Positions 50,958 to 60,580 of a stretch of DNA of 64,000 nucleotides are shown one piece after another. Position 1 is the stretch's first letter, and each line of letters opens with the position of its first letter. The stretch comes from a bacterium (GTDB lineage Bacteria > Hinthialibacterota > Hinthialibacteria > Hinthialibacterales > Hinthialibacteraceae): NCBI GenBank assembly GCA_963663405.2, contig CAXXSM010000105.1, positions 1 to 64,000 on the forward strand. Reading direction: 5' to 3'. Below the pieces are notes generated by a model. That model had not been told where the DNA came from. It made no database searches and saw nothing but the letters and a program-made list of their open reading frames with translations. The translations under genes were made by a program, and so were the position numbers.

Positions 50958-51584
50958 TCACTCATAATACCGCTTATTGGACGCCATTAGATCGCCTGAT
51001 GAGATGACGCCGTTGGATGGATTGTATAAAATATCAAGATGGTCCGTTCCACTGTCAAGCCCTCTCCAGAGGGGGACGTTGTTCCAGCCGATATCCTGTA
51101 AATCGGAATATTCGTCCGGACCGGCGGAATTGATCCAATATTTAAGGCCAATGGAAGTCAGTTCGGGAGACCAATTGCTCGTTGCGCCACCGGAGGCGAC
51201 AATGACTTCCGCGCTGTAGCCAAAAATCGCCAGCCATCCGTATGGGTACGCGACGTTCTTCGCTTCGTATGGATTTCTGATGATTTGATTGATATACGGC
51301 ACGGGGGTTGTCAGATGCTGCCAGGTCCGGGGTTCGAAGTACGAATGATCTGGTGGATAGGCGTTATTATCCACATAATACGCGCCCATCGCCGTTTGGA
51401 GTGACCGGATATCCGCCTTGACGCGGGCGACCTTCGCGCGGGACATGGCGGATAAAAAGTTGGGCACGGCGATCGCGGCTAAAATCCCGATAATAGCGAC
51501 AACAATTAGTAATTCGATCAACGTGAAAGCGGATTTCGATCGTAACGATCTTGATATTCTTTCTGTGACACTATTGATGTTCAT
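50958..51584 (-). CDS. Prepilin-type N-methylation domain protein (GspG-like pseudopilin)
   Basis: A/FTLIELLIVVAIIGILAAIAVPNF; C-terminal YNPSNGVISSGDL. Confidence 0.9.
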   Translation of the reverse strand: MNINSVTERISRSLRSKSAFTLIELLIVVAIIGILAAIAVPNFLSAMSRAKVARVKADIRSLQTAMGAYYVDNNAYPPDHSYFEPRTWQHLTTPVPYINQIIRNPYEAKNVAYPYGWLAIFGYSAEVIVASGGATSNWSPELTSIGLKYWINSAGPDEYSDLQDIGWNNVPLWRGLDSGTDHLDILYNPSNGVISSGDLMASNKRYYE

Positions 51585-51611
51585 ACCACTACCCTTTCCT
51601 ATTTTTGATGA

Positions 51612-51639
51612 ATTATAAGCGAGTTTTATCGCTTGTCCA
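51612..51639 (-). promoter_or_regulatory. Promoter with an inverted repeat in the spacer
   Basis: Minus strand TGGACA-16 nt-TATAAT containing AAGCGA-n6-TCGCTT. Confidence 0.5.
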
Positions 51640-51839
51640 TATCATTTCTCCTATTCATCCTAGAATTCAACGCTGGACAAATCTCCCCTGGGAACCATCC
51701 CATCGATATCAACGACAAATAGTAGTTATAGCAAAATACGCCTAGTGATGCGAATGAATTCTTTTTTATTCCTTTTTTAGAGCGAGGTTATATACTTCCC
51801 TGCCATAATCATTTTCAAACCTTTTGGAGGTATGTTCCG

Positions 51840-52433
51840 ATGAAGACAAAGTTTGTTGTATCGATTATGGTATTGTCACTCGCTCTTATCGCCGGTCAAA
51901 GTGTCATGGCCGAAAAACCGTATGACGTTGGATCGAAGATCGAGCCGTTTAAACTAAAGGATTGGGCCGGAAATGAACACGATCTCAGTAAAGATTTGGG
52001 AAAAAAAGTGATTGTGCTCAATTTCTGGAACTGCCAGTGTCCAGTATCGCGCGCGTATGAAAAGCGGTTTATCGCATTGGAAAAGAAATACCGTGACAAA
52101 GGCGTTCAGGTATACTCGATCGATTCCAACACTATTAACGACGTCGAACGCATCACGAAATACGCGAAAGAGAGCAAAATCTCGTATCCCGTCTTGAAAG
52201 ATTGGAACAACGTAATCGCGGACAAGTTCAACGCGAAAACCACGCCGGATGTGTTCGTGATCGGCAAAGACAAAACGATCCACTATCACGGCGCTTTCGA
52301 CAACAGCCAGCAGGAGGAGAATGTGAAAAACCATTGGCTGGAAGACGCGGTCAAAGAAGTTTTGGCTGGAGAAAAAGTTACGACGCCTGAAACAAAAACG
52401 TTCGGCTGTTCGATCAAACGTGTCAAAAAATAA
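51840..52433 (+). CDS. Secreted thioredoxin/AhpC-TSA family protein
   Basis: Signal peptide; WNCQCPVS, AKTTPDVFV, YHGAFD and GCSIK motifs. Confidence 0.9.
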   Translation: MKTKFVVSIMVLSLALIAGQSVMAEKPYDVGSKIEPFKLKDWAGNEHDLSKDLGKKVIVLNFWNCQCPVSRAYEKRFIALEKKYRDKGVQVYSIDSNTINDVERITKYAKESKISYPVLKDWNNVIADKFNAKTTPDVFVIGKDKTIHYHGAFDNSQQEENVKNHWLEDAVKEVLAGEKVTTPETKTFGCSIKRVKK

Positions 52434-52445
52434 TCGTAAAAAAAT

Positions 52446-52485
52446 GGGGTGAGTTTTGTATCCTTTCAAACTCACCCCTTTTCTT
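52446..52485 (+). terminator. Intrinsic terminator
   Basis: Stem ggggtgagttt/aaactcacccc followed by ttttctt. Confidence 0.8.
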
Positions 52486-52599
52486 GTCCAGCTGGAATTA
52501 TTTTATGTCCGCGTTAATAATGGAGTTTGATGACCGTTTACATCTTAAGTCATGATTTTTAATTTCGGTGGGATAAAACCACCCTAAAAGAAGAGAGCG

Positions 52600-52839
52600 A
52601 TGAGTCCTTTGAATGAACTGAGTAAAACCCGGCGGGAGATTCTCCGGACGCTGGGGCGCATTTTATCCCTTGGATGTCTAGCGTGGGTGGGCAGCGCCGC
52701 TGCAAGAACCAATCGTTCTTCCAAAGAGCCGCAATGTGAAAAATCCAATCCCTGCCGGATATGCGGATCTTTGGACCGGTGCTCTCTACCTCAAGCTCGT
52801 GTAGCGCGGCGATTGAGAAAGGAGACGGTTCATGGCTAA
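52600..52839 (+). CDS. Small Tat-like Cys-rich protein
   Basis: TRREILR plus hydrophobic stretch; Cx5CxxCx5CSLP; overlaps the next gene. Confidence 0.7.
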   Translation: MSPLNELSKTRREILRTLGRILSLGCLAWVGSAAARTNRSSKEPQCEKSNPCRICGSLDRCSLPQARVARRLRKETVHG

Positions 52840-53401
52840 ATCTTCCCCAAAAATCACTCGCCGCAATCTCTTAAAAGACGGTATCCGAAGCGCCTGTCTG
52901 CTAGGTGTCGGCGGCGCCGCCGGAAATCTCTTGGGACGAGCCCAGACCGAGCAATACTGCTGGCAGATCGATCCCTACGCGTGCGTGGCCTGCGGACAAT
53001 GCGCCGATCATTGTGTGCTCGATGAGTCCGCTGTGAAGTGCGTGCAGGTCTATGGCATGTGCGGCTACTGCAAACTCTGCACGGGCTTTTTCGATCCAGC
53101 GCCTCTGGCGCTCAACACCGGCGCGGAGAATCAACTTTGTCCTGCAGGCGCGATCATACGGACATTCATCGAGGATCCCTATTATGAGTATACCATTGAT
53201 GAAACCCTCTGCATTGGCTGCGGGAAATGCGTTAAATGGTGCAAAGCCTTTGGCAATGGGTCGCTTTTCCTCCAAGTCCGGCACGATCGATGCGTAAACT
53301 GCAATGAGTGTTCCATCGCCGCCGCCTGCCCGTCTGACGCGTTCAGACGGGTTCCTGTTAATCGCCCTTATCTATTGAAAGGAGCGAGCCATAGCGAATG
53401 A
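52832..53401 (+). CDS. Tat-signal multi-[4Fe-4S] ferredoxin
   Basis: TRRNLLK; CVACGQCADHC, CGYCKLC, CIGCGKCVKWC and CVNCNECSIAAACP. Confidence 0.88.
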   Translation: MAKSSPKITRRNLLKDGIRSACLLGVGGAAGNLLGRAQTEQYCWQIDPYACVACGQCADHCVLDESAVKCVQVYGMCGYCKLCTGFFDPAPLALNTGAENQLCPAGAIIRTFIEDPYYEYTIDETLCIGCGKCVKWCKAFGNGSLFLQVRHDRCVNCNECSIAAACPSDAFRRVPVNRPYLLKGASHSE

Positions 53402-54708
53402 ATTCTTTCGTCCGCGCGCTAACATCGCTCTCCCACACACTCAATTCCGCTGTTGATATACAGCGGTTTCCCCCGCCGGAATTTGAAGGGGGGCATGCGC
53501 TTCCCCAAACCACCACGCCCATGCCCCATAGTGAATTCTTTGAATATCTAGATGTGGCGGTTCTCGTGGGGGCGCTCTCTCTCGCGTCTTATTTTGTTTA
53601 TACAAAACGCAGCCGATCGAGTGTTTTTTACCTTTCGATCTTTTCTCTGATCTATTTTGGATTTTTCCGGGAAGGCTGTATCTGTTCCATCGGCGCCATC
53701 CAAAACGTCACGCTGGCGCTCTTTGATCAAACCTACGCGATTCCGTTGGTCGCGCTTGCGTTTTTCCTTTTGCCGTTGCTCTTCTCTCTCTTTTTTGGGC
53801 GCGTCTTCTGCGCGGGCGTTTGTCCACTTGGCGCGATACAAGATCTTGTGTTGATAAGACCTATCAAGGTTCCTTACTGGCTTCAACAAGCGTTAAGCCT
53901 CTTTGCGTATGTATACCTGGGCGCGGCGGTCTTATTCGCGGCGCTGGGCAGCGCATTCATCATCTGTGAATACGATCCTTTCGTCTCCTTTTTCCGTCTT
54001 TCCGGCAATCTGAGTATTTTACTGCTCGGAACATTTCTGCTCGTGATCGGCTTATTCGTAGGCCGGCCCTACTGCCTTTACCTGTGTCCCTATAGCGTGA
54101 TTCTGCGATTTCTTTCACGATTTTCTCAATGGAATGTGATTGTGACGCCTGATTCGTGCGTCACATGTCAGCGATGTGAAGACGCCTGTCCCTATGGGGC
54201 GATTGTTCCCCCTACGCCGAAGGACGCGCCATCTTCAAATGCAAAGGACCGGAAGCGTCTGATCCTATTACTATTAACCGCGCCGGTTATCATCGCTTTT
54301 GCCGCATGGGTAACCTCTTTCGCGGGCGCTTCTTTTTCGCGTATGGATTATACAGTACGTTTAGCCGAACAGATCATTTGGGAAGAGACCGAACAAGTGG
54401 AAGTCTACACCGACGCCAGCGCCGCGTTCCGGGATACGGGACAACCCAAGGAAGAACTGTTTGAGAAAGCCCGGCTGCTTCGCGAGCGATATACGCTGGG
54501 CGCGTGGATCCTGGGCGCATTTATCGGGCTTGTGATTGTATGCAAATTAATCGAACAGTCTGTATTTACTCGAAGATCGGAATTCGAAGTCAATCCCGCC
54601 GGCTGTCTCGCATGCGGCCGGTGTTTCGCTTCCTGTCCCCTGGAGCGTAAGCGGCGGAGAGAATGTCAAGCCGCAATCCCGGCGAAGGGAGGCGCGGCCG
54701 TACAATGA
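53398..54708 (+). CDS. Membrane polyferredoxin (NapH/MauN/NosR-C-like)
   Basis: CICSIG, GRVFCAGVCPLG, YCLYLCPY, two CxxCxxCxxxCP motifs and multiple TMs. Confidence 0.88.
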   Translation: MNSFVRALTSLSHTLNSAVDIQRFPPPEFEGGHALPQTTTPMPHSEFFEYLDVAVLVGALSLASYFVYTKRSRSSVFYLSIFSLIYFGFFREGCICSIGAIQNVTLALFDQTYAIPLVALAFFLLPLLFSLFFGRVFCAGVCPLGAIQDLVLIRPIKVPYWLQQALSLFAYVYLGAAVLFAALGSAFIICEYDPFVSFFRLSGNLSILLLGTFLLVIGLFVGRPYCLYLCPYSVILRFLSRFSQWNVIVTPDSCVTCQRCEDACPYGAIVPPTPKDAPSSNAKDRKRLILLLLTAPVIIAFAAWVTSFAGASFSRMDYTVRLAEQIIWEETEQVEVYTDASAAFRDTGQPKEELFEKARLLRERYTLGAWILGAFIGLVIVCKLIEQSVFTRRSEFEVNPAGCLACGRCFASCPLERKRRRECQAAIPAKGGAAVQ

Positions 54709-56459
54709 ATGAGAAGATCAAAAATCCTAAAATGACACCGTGGTATTTGACCGCCAAAGGCGCCGTCATTGTATCCGGCGTTTTTTCGATTCTTGCCGTG
54801 GGAATGCTGCTCTGGAACTATGTCATCGATAAAGCGGGGCTTCCGGACAAGGAACAAATCTATTCCAGCGAACTCGTAGAAAAAAAAGCGCTTCTCGCCC
54901 AAGATCCCCTCAATGAAGAACTGAAAAAAGAGATTCGAAACTTGGACCTGGAACTTCGGCAGGGCTATTTCCAGCGAAAGGCGTTTGCGGATCGCGGCCG
55001 ATACTTTCTTCTCATCGGGATCGTGATTTTCCTGTTTGCGATCCGGCAAGTGGCCGCGATTCATAAGGCGCCATTTAAGAAATGGTCCCGGTTGAAGGAA
55101 CCGGAATTTGAAATTAATAAAAAGGCGCAGGCTCGGTCGGCCATCAGCGTGATGGGATTGATACTACTGGGGGGCGCGGTGACTTTGGCTCTTCTGCCAA
55201 CGGTCGATCTGACAACTCTTTCCTCTGAAATGGCGAACGCGGAAGAGCCCACTCTTCCCGATTATCCGGCCATGGAGGAGATTCAACAAAACTGGCCGCG
55301 TTTCCGTGGGCCTGGAGGGCTGGGGATCTCTTATCATGAACGGGCGCCCACTTCCTGGAACGGAGAAACGGGTGAGGGAATCCTCTGGAAAACGGAGGTT
55401 CCCCGAACCGGCCCCAATTCCCCCATCGTCTGGAACGATCGTCTCTTTTTCACCGGTGGCGATCAGATGAATAAAGAGGTCTTCTGTTTTTCAACGGCTA
55501 CCGGGGACCTTGTATGGAGCCGCCGGGTGGAAAATGTTCCCGGCAATCCTGGGAAAGAGCTGAATGTGCTTGAGGACACGGGTTTTGTGGCGCCCACTAT
55601 GGCCTGTGATGGTTCACGTGTCTACGCTCTCTTCGCGGATGGTGATTTGGCCTGTTTTGATTTTAACGGCAAACAGGTTTGGGCGAAAAACCTTGGGACA
55701 CCGGATAACATATACGGTCTTGCTTCATCATTGGCTGCGTACCAAAACAACGTATTAATCCAATACGATCAAGGCACAGAAGAAGATACCAAATCAAAAC
55801 TCATCGCATTGGAAGGAAAAACAGGAGTCATCGCGTGGCAGGCTACACGGCCCGTAGCCAACGCCTGGACTACGCCGGTCCTGGCGCAAACAGACAGCGG
55901 CGAACAAATCATCACCTGCTCGGAACCGTGGGTCATTGGATATGAGCCCAATGAAGGCAAGGAACTCTGGCGGGCCAATCTAATGGGCACGGATTTGGCT
56001 CCGTCTCCCATTTACGCCCAGGGATTAGCCATCGTGGTTCAACCAAGCGAAGCCATGTTTGCGATTCGGACGGATAGCCAAGGAGACGTGACTGACACCC
56101 CGCAAGTGGCTTGGATCAAGGATTGTCCCGCGCCGGATATATGCAGCCCTGTCAGCAATGGGGAATTGATTTTCCTGCTGGGCTCAATGGGTGAATTGGG
56201 CTGTTACGAAACCAAAACAGGAGAAATGATCTGGGAAGAGATCATCGATGATTCTTTTCAAGCTTCGCCAACGATCGCAGGCGGCTGGCTCTACCTGCTA
56301 AGCGAGGAAGGCGTAACGTATCGAGTCAAGGCGGCGAGAGAATACGAAGCCGCCGGAACTTCACCCTTGGATGAATGGCTCCGCGCCTCTCCAGCGTTCA
56401 TGGATGGACGTATTTATATCCGGGGAGACCGGTTTTTATATTGTATAGGAAGTGAATAA
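54705..56459 (+). CDS. Membrane-anchored PQQ-like beta-propeller protein
   Basis: Three N-terminal TMs, WPRFRGPGG and G..lW repeats. Confidence 0.85.
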   Translation: MNEKIKNPKMTPWYLTAKGAVIVSGVFSILAVGMLLWNYVIDKAGLPDKEQIYSSELVEKKALLAQDPLNEELKKEIRNLDLELRQGYFQRKAFADRGRYFLLIGIVIFLFAIRQVAAIHKAPFKKWSRLKEPEFEINKKAQARSAISVMGLILLGGAVTLALLPTVDLTTLSSEMANAEEPTLPDYPAMEEIQQNWPRFRGPGGLGISYHERAPTSWNGETGEGILWKTEVPRTGPNSPIVWNDRLFFTGGDQMNKEVFCFSTATGDLVWSRRVENVPGNPGKELNVLEDTGFVAPTMACDGSRVYALFADGDLACFDFNGKQVWAKNLGTPDNIYGLASSLAAYQNNVLIQYDQGTEEDTKSKLIALEGKTGVIAWQATRPVANAWTTPVLAQTDSGEQIITCSEPWVIGYEPNEGKELWRANLMGTDLAPSPIYAQGLAIVVQPSEAMFAIRTDSQGDVTDTPQVAWIKDCPAPDICSPVSNGELIFLLGSMGELGCYETKTGEMIWEEIIDDSFQASPTIAGGWLYLLSEEGVTYRVKAAREYEAAGTSPLDEWLRASPAFMDGRIYIRGDRFLYCIGSE

Positions 56460-56562
56460 AACAAAACGCCTGGACTATTTGGGAAGGTAGTTTGTTTTGT
56501 TTATAAACGAGTTTATTAGAAAACATCAGACTATTTCAAAAATCAAAGAGAGGATTGAATCG

Positions 56563-57885
56563 ATGAAAAGAGTAAGCATGGTTGTATGGATTGCGTTGTT
56601 TGTTTGGTCGTCGAATGTCTACGCAGGTGATTGGCCACAATACTTAGGTCCCGGCAGAAACGCTGTTTCTTCGGAAACCGGATTGGCGAAAGAATGGCCC
56701 GAAGACGGCCCCAAGGTTTTGTGGACCGTGCCTCTTGGTCTCGGTTACGGCGGTCCGGCGGTTGTGGATGGAAAGGTGTATCTCCTGGACCGGATCGGCG
56801 CCGAGCAGGATGTGATGCGTTGTCTCGATTTCAAAACCGGTCAAGAAGAATGGCGGTTCGCCTACGACGCGCCCGGCCGGTTGGGCCATCCCGGCTCCCG
56901 TTCCGTGCCCAGTGTGGACGATGAACGGATTTACACCTGCGGACCACATGGGGATGTCTACTGTTTCGACAGAACAACCCATAAACCCATATGGAAGAAA
57001 AGCCTCAAGACCGATTTCGGTCCGGAAGCGTCGATGGGCTGGGGTTTCGGCCAGAATCCACTGCTGTATGAAGATATGATCATTATCGCTCCAATGACAT
57101 CGGAAGTGGGTGTCGCGGCCCTCGACAAAAAAACCGGTGATACTAAGTGGACCTCTCCTCCAATGACCGGCCGCGGGAGTTACGTGTCACCCGGCGTCTA
57201 TCAAATCTGCGGGGAAGACCAGATTGTGATGATCAACGCATCTAACGAAGGAAGGAGACGAGGCCGTTCCCGGGATTCCGAACAAACCCAAGATAACGCG
57301 CAAGCGTCAAATGCGAACAAGGGTGTCGTTGTCGGATTGAATCCAAAAACAGGTGAACAGTTATGGAGTTATTACGGTTGGCAATGCGGTATCCCCATAC
57401 CGAACATGGTCACGATCGGCGATGGCCGGTTCTTCATCACTGGCGGTTATCAAGCCGGTTCGGCGATGATCCGAATCGAAAAGAAAGACGGGAAGTTTGT
57501 TGTTGAAGAATTGTTTAAAACAGCGGATTTTGGCGTGCACTGCCATCCACCAATCCTTTATAAAGATTACCTTTACGGCCATTGCTCCACGAATGAGACC
57601 CGTGATGGTCTGGTCTGCATGAATTTAGATGGAGAAGTGCAATGGAAGACGGGAAGCGATCCGCTTTTCGACAAAGGTGGGCTTCTTCTCGCTGATGGGC
57701 GGATTTACAGTGTCGATGGGAATGAAGGTTACCTCTATATGATCGATCCTTCTCCCGAAGGATTCAAACCAATCGCAAAGGCGAAATTGCTGGGTGGACG
57801 TGAAATCTGGGCGCCGCTGACGCTTGTCGACGGGAACCTGTTGATCCGCGATCAGTCGCAGATTAAATGCGTCGACATCCGGTAA
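56563..57885 (+). CDS. Secreted PQQ-like beta-propeller protein
   Basis: Signal peptide VYA/GDWPQYLGP and propeller repeats. Confidence 0.85.
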   Translation: MKRVSMVVWIALFVWSSNVYAGDWPQYLGPGRNAVSSETGLAKEWPEDGPKVLWTVPLGLGYGGPAVVDGKVYLLDRIGAEQDVMRCLDFKTGQEEWRFAYDAPGRLGHPGSRSVPSVDDERIYTCGPHGDVYCFDRTTHKPIWKKSLKTDFGPEASMGWGFGQNPLLYEDMIIIAPMTSEVGVAALDKKTGDTKWTSPPMTGRGSYVSPGVYQICGEDQIVMINASNEGRRRGRSRDSEQTQDNAQASNANKGVVVGLNPKTGEQLWSYYGWQCGIPIPNMVTIGDGRFFITGGYQAGSAMIRIEKKDGKFVVEELFKTADFGVHCHPPILYKDYLYGHCSTNETRDGLVCMNLDGEVQWKTGSDPLFDKGGLLLADGRIYSVDGNEGYLYMIDPSPEGFKPIAKAKLLGGREIWAPLTLVDGNLLIRDQSQIKCVDIR

Positions 57886-57901
57886 TCGATGTTACATCTC
57901 C

Positions 57902-59089
57902 ATGAAGACAGCGATCGTCACAGCCTTAATCATCATTCTCATTGGTCTTGTGGCGCTCCTGTGGATCGAGGAGGAAAAAAAACCGTCCACGTTCGATCGC
58001 AGCGGAAGGATTCGAGAGTTTAAAAAGAGTCCACTCGAAGATGGGGCGCCCTGGCCGATGTTCCACGGCGCCCCACAGTTAACGGGCGCGGTGGATTCTT
58101 CAATTCCGGATACGCTCGCTCTCTATTGGAGATTTAAAACAGGAGGAGAGATTGTCTCATCAGCGGCTATCCAGGATGGCCGCGTCTACGCAGGTTCAGA
58201 AGACGGGAACCTTTACGCCTTGGATCTAGCAACCGGGAATGAAGTCTGGCGTTACCCAACAGGCGACTCGATTGAAAGTTCCCCCTGTGTTGTAGAGGGA
58301 ACCGTTTACATTGGCTCATCTGATTCATTTCTCTACTCGATTGAAGCGGAAACGGGAGAGATGAAGTGGAAATACAAAACCGGAAACCGCATCCTGGGTG
58401 GAGTGAATTGGGCGCAGCTCCCTGGTGATGAGAACGCGCGGATTCTTGTTGGGAGTTACGACAGCAAATTATATTGTCTGCGCGCGGATACAGGGAAGCC
58501 GATTTGGATTTATAAATCGGATCATTACATCAACGGAACGCCGGCTGTTGCAGATGATTTGGTGGTTTTCGGCGGTTGTGACGATCGAATCCATTTTGTC
58601 TCGATCGAGAGCGGAACCGCCATCGCCCGTGTGGACGCGGGATCATACATCGCCGCCTCCCCTGCGTTTGCGGATAACCGGGCTTATGTTGGACATTACG
58701 AAGGTGAATTCCTTTGCGTGGACGTAAAACAAGAAAAAATTATTTGGCGATACAAGGGACAGGCTCCCTTCTTTTCATCCGGCGCATTGGCGAAGGATCG
58801 CGTGGTCTTCGGCGGTTACGATAAACGCCTGCATTGCGTCAATCGGGAAACGGGAAAAAAGATATGGACCTTTCCCACCCGTGGAAAAATCGAATCGAGT
58901 CCTGCGATCGCGAAGGATAAAATTATTGTGGGATCAAACGATGGGCGCTTATATATGATCCGCCTCTCCAATGGTTCCAGAATCTGGAGTTATGAGATTG
59001 GCGCGCCGGTCAAAGCGGCGCCCGCCATCGCGCAAGGCCGGATCGTAGTTGGCGCCGGAGATGGAACGATCTACGCCTTTGGTCCATAA
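57902..59089 (+). CDS. BamB-like PQQ beta-propeller protein
   Basis: Regular SSP..VY.GS.DG.LYA.D..TG...W repeats. Confidence 0.88.
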   Translation: MKTAIVTALIIILIGLVALLWIEEEKKPSTFDRSGRIREFKKSPLEDGAPWPMFHGAPQLTGAVDSSIPDTLALYWRFKTGGEIVSSAAIQDGRVYAGSEDGNLYALDLATGNEVWRYPTGDSIESSPCVVEGTVYIGSSDSFLYSIEAETGEMKWKYKTGNRILGGVNWAQLPGDENARILVGSYDSKLYCLRADTGKPIWIYKSDHYINGTPAVADDLVVFGGCDDRIHFVSIESGTAIARVDAGSYIAASPAFADNRAYVGHYEGEFLCVDVKQEKIIWRYKGQAPFFSSGALAKDRVVFGGYDKRLHCVNRETGKKIWTFPTRGKIESSPAIAKDKIIVGSNDGRLYMIRLSNGSRIWSYEIGAPVKAAPAIAQGRIVVGAGDGTIYAFGP

Positions 59090-59148
59090 TTGGAACAAAC
59101 TACTTGGATCCAAGGGCGAAGAAATCTACCCTTGCGATAGACGAATCA

Positions 59149-60552
59149 ATGAAAGAATCAACAATCGGAAACGTAGTAATAGGCGCGCTCGCAGCCGTTG
59201 GAATCCTCACACTCATATTCTGGCTGAGCGCCGATGCGCCGTTTGATCTGGAAGAACGCGTGCCGGGTATGGATAAGGCGGATCAAATCGCCGCCGCTGA
59301 GGGAAGCCGCGAAGGACCGGAAGGTGAATTAATCCTATCAGACGGCGTTCCCGAAATGTACCCGGCGCCGCCGAAGTACAATTGGCCCTGCTTTCGCGGT
59401 GAAGATCTCGACAATATCAGTAAAGAAGTCTATACACCCGCCCCGAAAGGAAGCGAGTTTCCCGTCCTTTGGTCTATCGATGTCGGCGAAGGTTTCGCCG
59501 GAGCGGTGATCCGGGATGGACGCGTCTATATGATAGATTACGACCGCGAAAAGAAAGCGGACGCCCTGCGCTGTCTCTCCTTCGTAGACGGCCGGGAAAT
59601 TTGGCGTTACACCTATCCCATCAGCGTAAAACGCAATCATGGCATGAGCCGGACCATCCCATTCGTTACGGAGAAGTTAGTCGCCGCCATCGGCCCCAAA
59701 TGCCATGTCACTTGCCTCGATTCGAAAAGCGGGGAGAAAAAATGGTCTCTGGATCTGGTCTACGCGTATGACGCCGAGGTTCCCCCCTGGTACGCTGGGC
59801 AATGTCCCTTGATCGATGGAGATCAGCTGATTCTTGGGGTAGGAGGAACCGCGTTGATGCTCGCTCTAGACAGCGAGACTGGCGAAGTCATTTGGGAAAC
59901 CCCGAATCCAAAAAATTGGAAAATGACTCATTCCTCCGTCACACCGATGGAATTCAACGGAAAGCGGCTTTATGTTTACTGCGCCAGCGCTGGCGTCGTG
60001 GGCGTCTCGGCGGACGATGGGCGGTTGTTATGGGAAATCTCAGATTGGAAAATCAATATCGCCAATGTGCCATCTCCTTTAATTATAGGCGATGGGCGAA
60101 TCTTCCTTAGTGGAGGTTATAAGGCTGGATCCATGATGCTTCAATTGGAAGAGAAGGATGGACAGATTACAGCCAATACACTCTTCCGTCTGGGACCGGA
60201 ACGATTCGGCTCGACACAGCAAACACCGATTCTTTACAAAGGACACATCTATGGAGTACGTCCTGATGAACAGCTGGTTTGCCTCGATCTCGAAGGAAAC
60301 GAAGTTTGGACCAGCACGAGCGCGTATAAATTCGGCCTTGGCCCCTATACCATCGCGGGTTCCTTGATTTACGCGATGAACGACACAGGTCTTTTAAGCC
60401 GTATCGAGGCCACTCACGAAGAGTTCCGTCTCTGGGATCAAACCCAACTGCTGGATGGGCACGATTCATGGGCTCCGATCGCCTTCGCGATGGGCCGGAT
60501 CATTGTACGCGACCTAAACCGGATGGTTTGCATCGATATAACGGCTCAGTGA
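59149..60552 (+). CDS. Membrane-anchored PQQ-like beta-propeller protein
   Basis: N-terminal TM; WPCFRG and RNHGMSRT motifs; propeller repeats. Confidence 0.85.
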   Translation: MKESTIGNVVIGALAAVGILTLIFWLSADAPFDLEERVPGMDKADQIAAAEGSREGPEGELILSDGVPEMYPAPPKYNWPCFRGEDLDNISKEVYTPAPKGSEFPVLWSIDVGEGFAGAVIRDGRVYMIDYDREKKADALRCLSFVDGREIWRYTYPISVKRNHGMSRTIPFVTEKLVAAIGPKCHVTCLDSKSGEKKWSLDLVYAYDAEVPPWYAGQCPLIDGDQLILGVGGTALMLALDSETGEVIWETPNPKNWKMTHSSVTPMEFNGKRLYVYCASAGVVGVSADDGRLLWEISDWKINIANVPSPLIIGDGRIFLSGGYKAGSMMLQLEEKDGQITANTLFRLGPERFGSTQQTPILYKGHIYGVRPDEQLVCLDLEGNEVWTSTSAYKFGLGPYTIAGSLIYAMNDTGLLSRIEATHEEFRLWDQTQLLDGHDSWAPIAFAMGRIIVRDLNRMVCIDITAQ

Positions 60553-60580
60553 AGACGCCGATCACGGAAGAAGCGCAATA

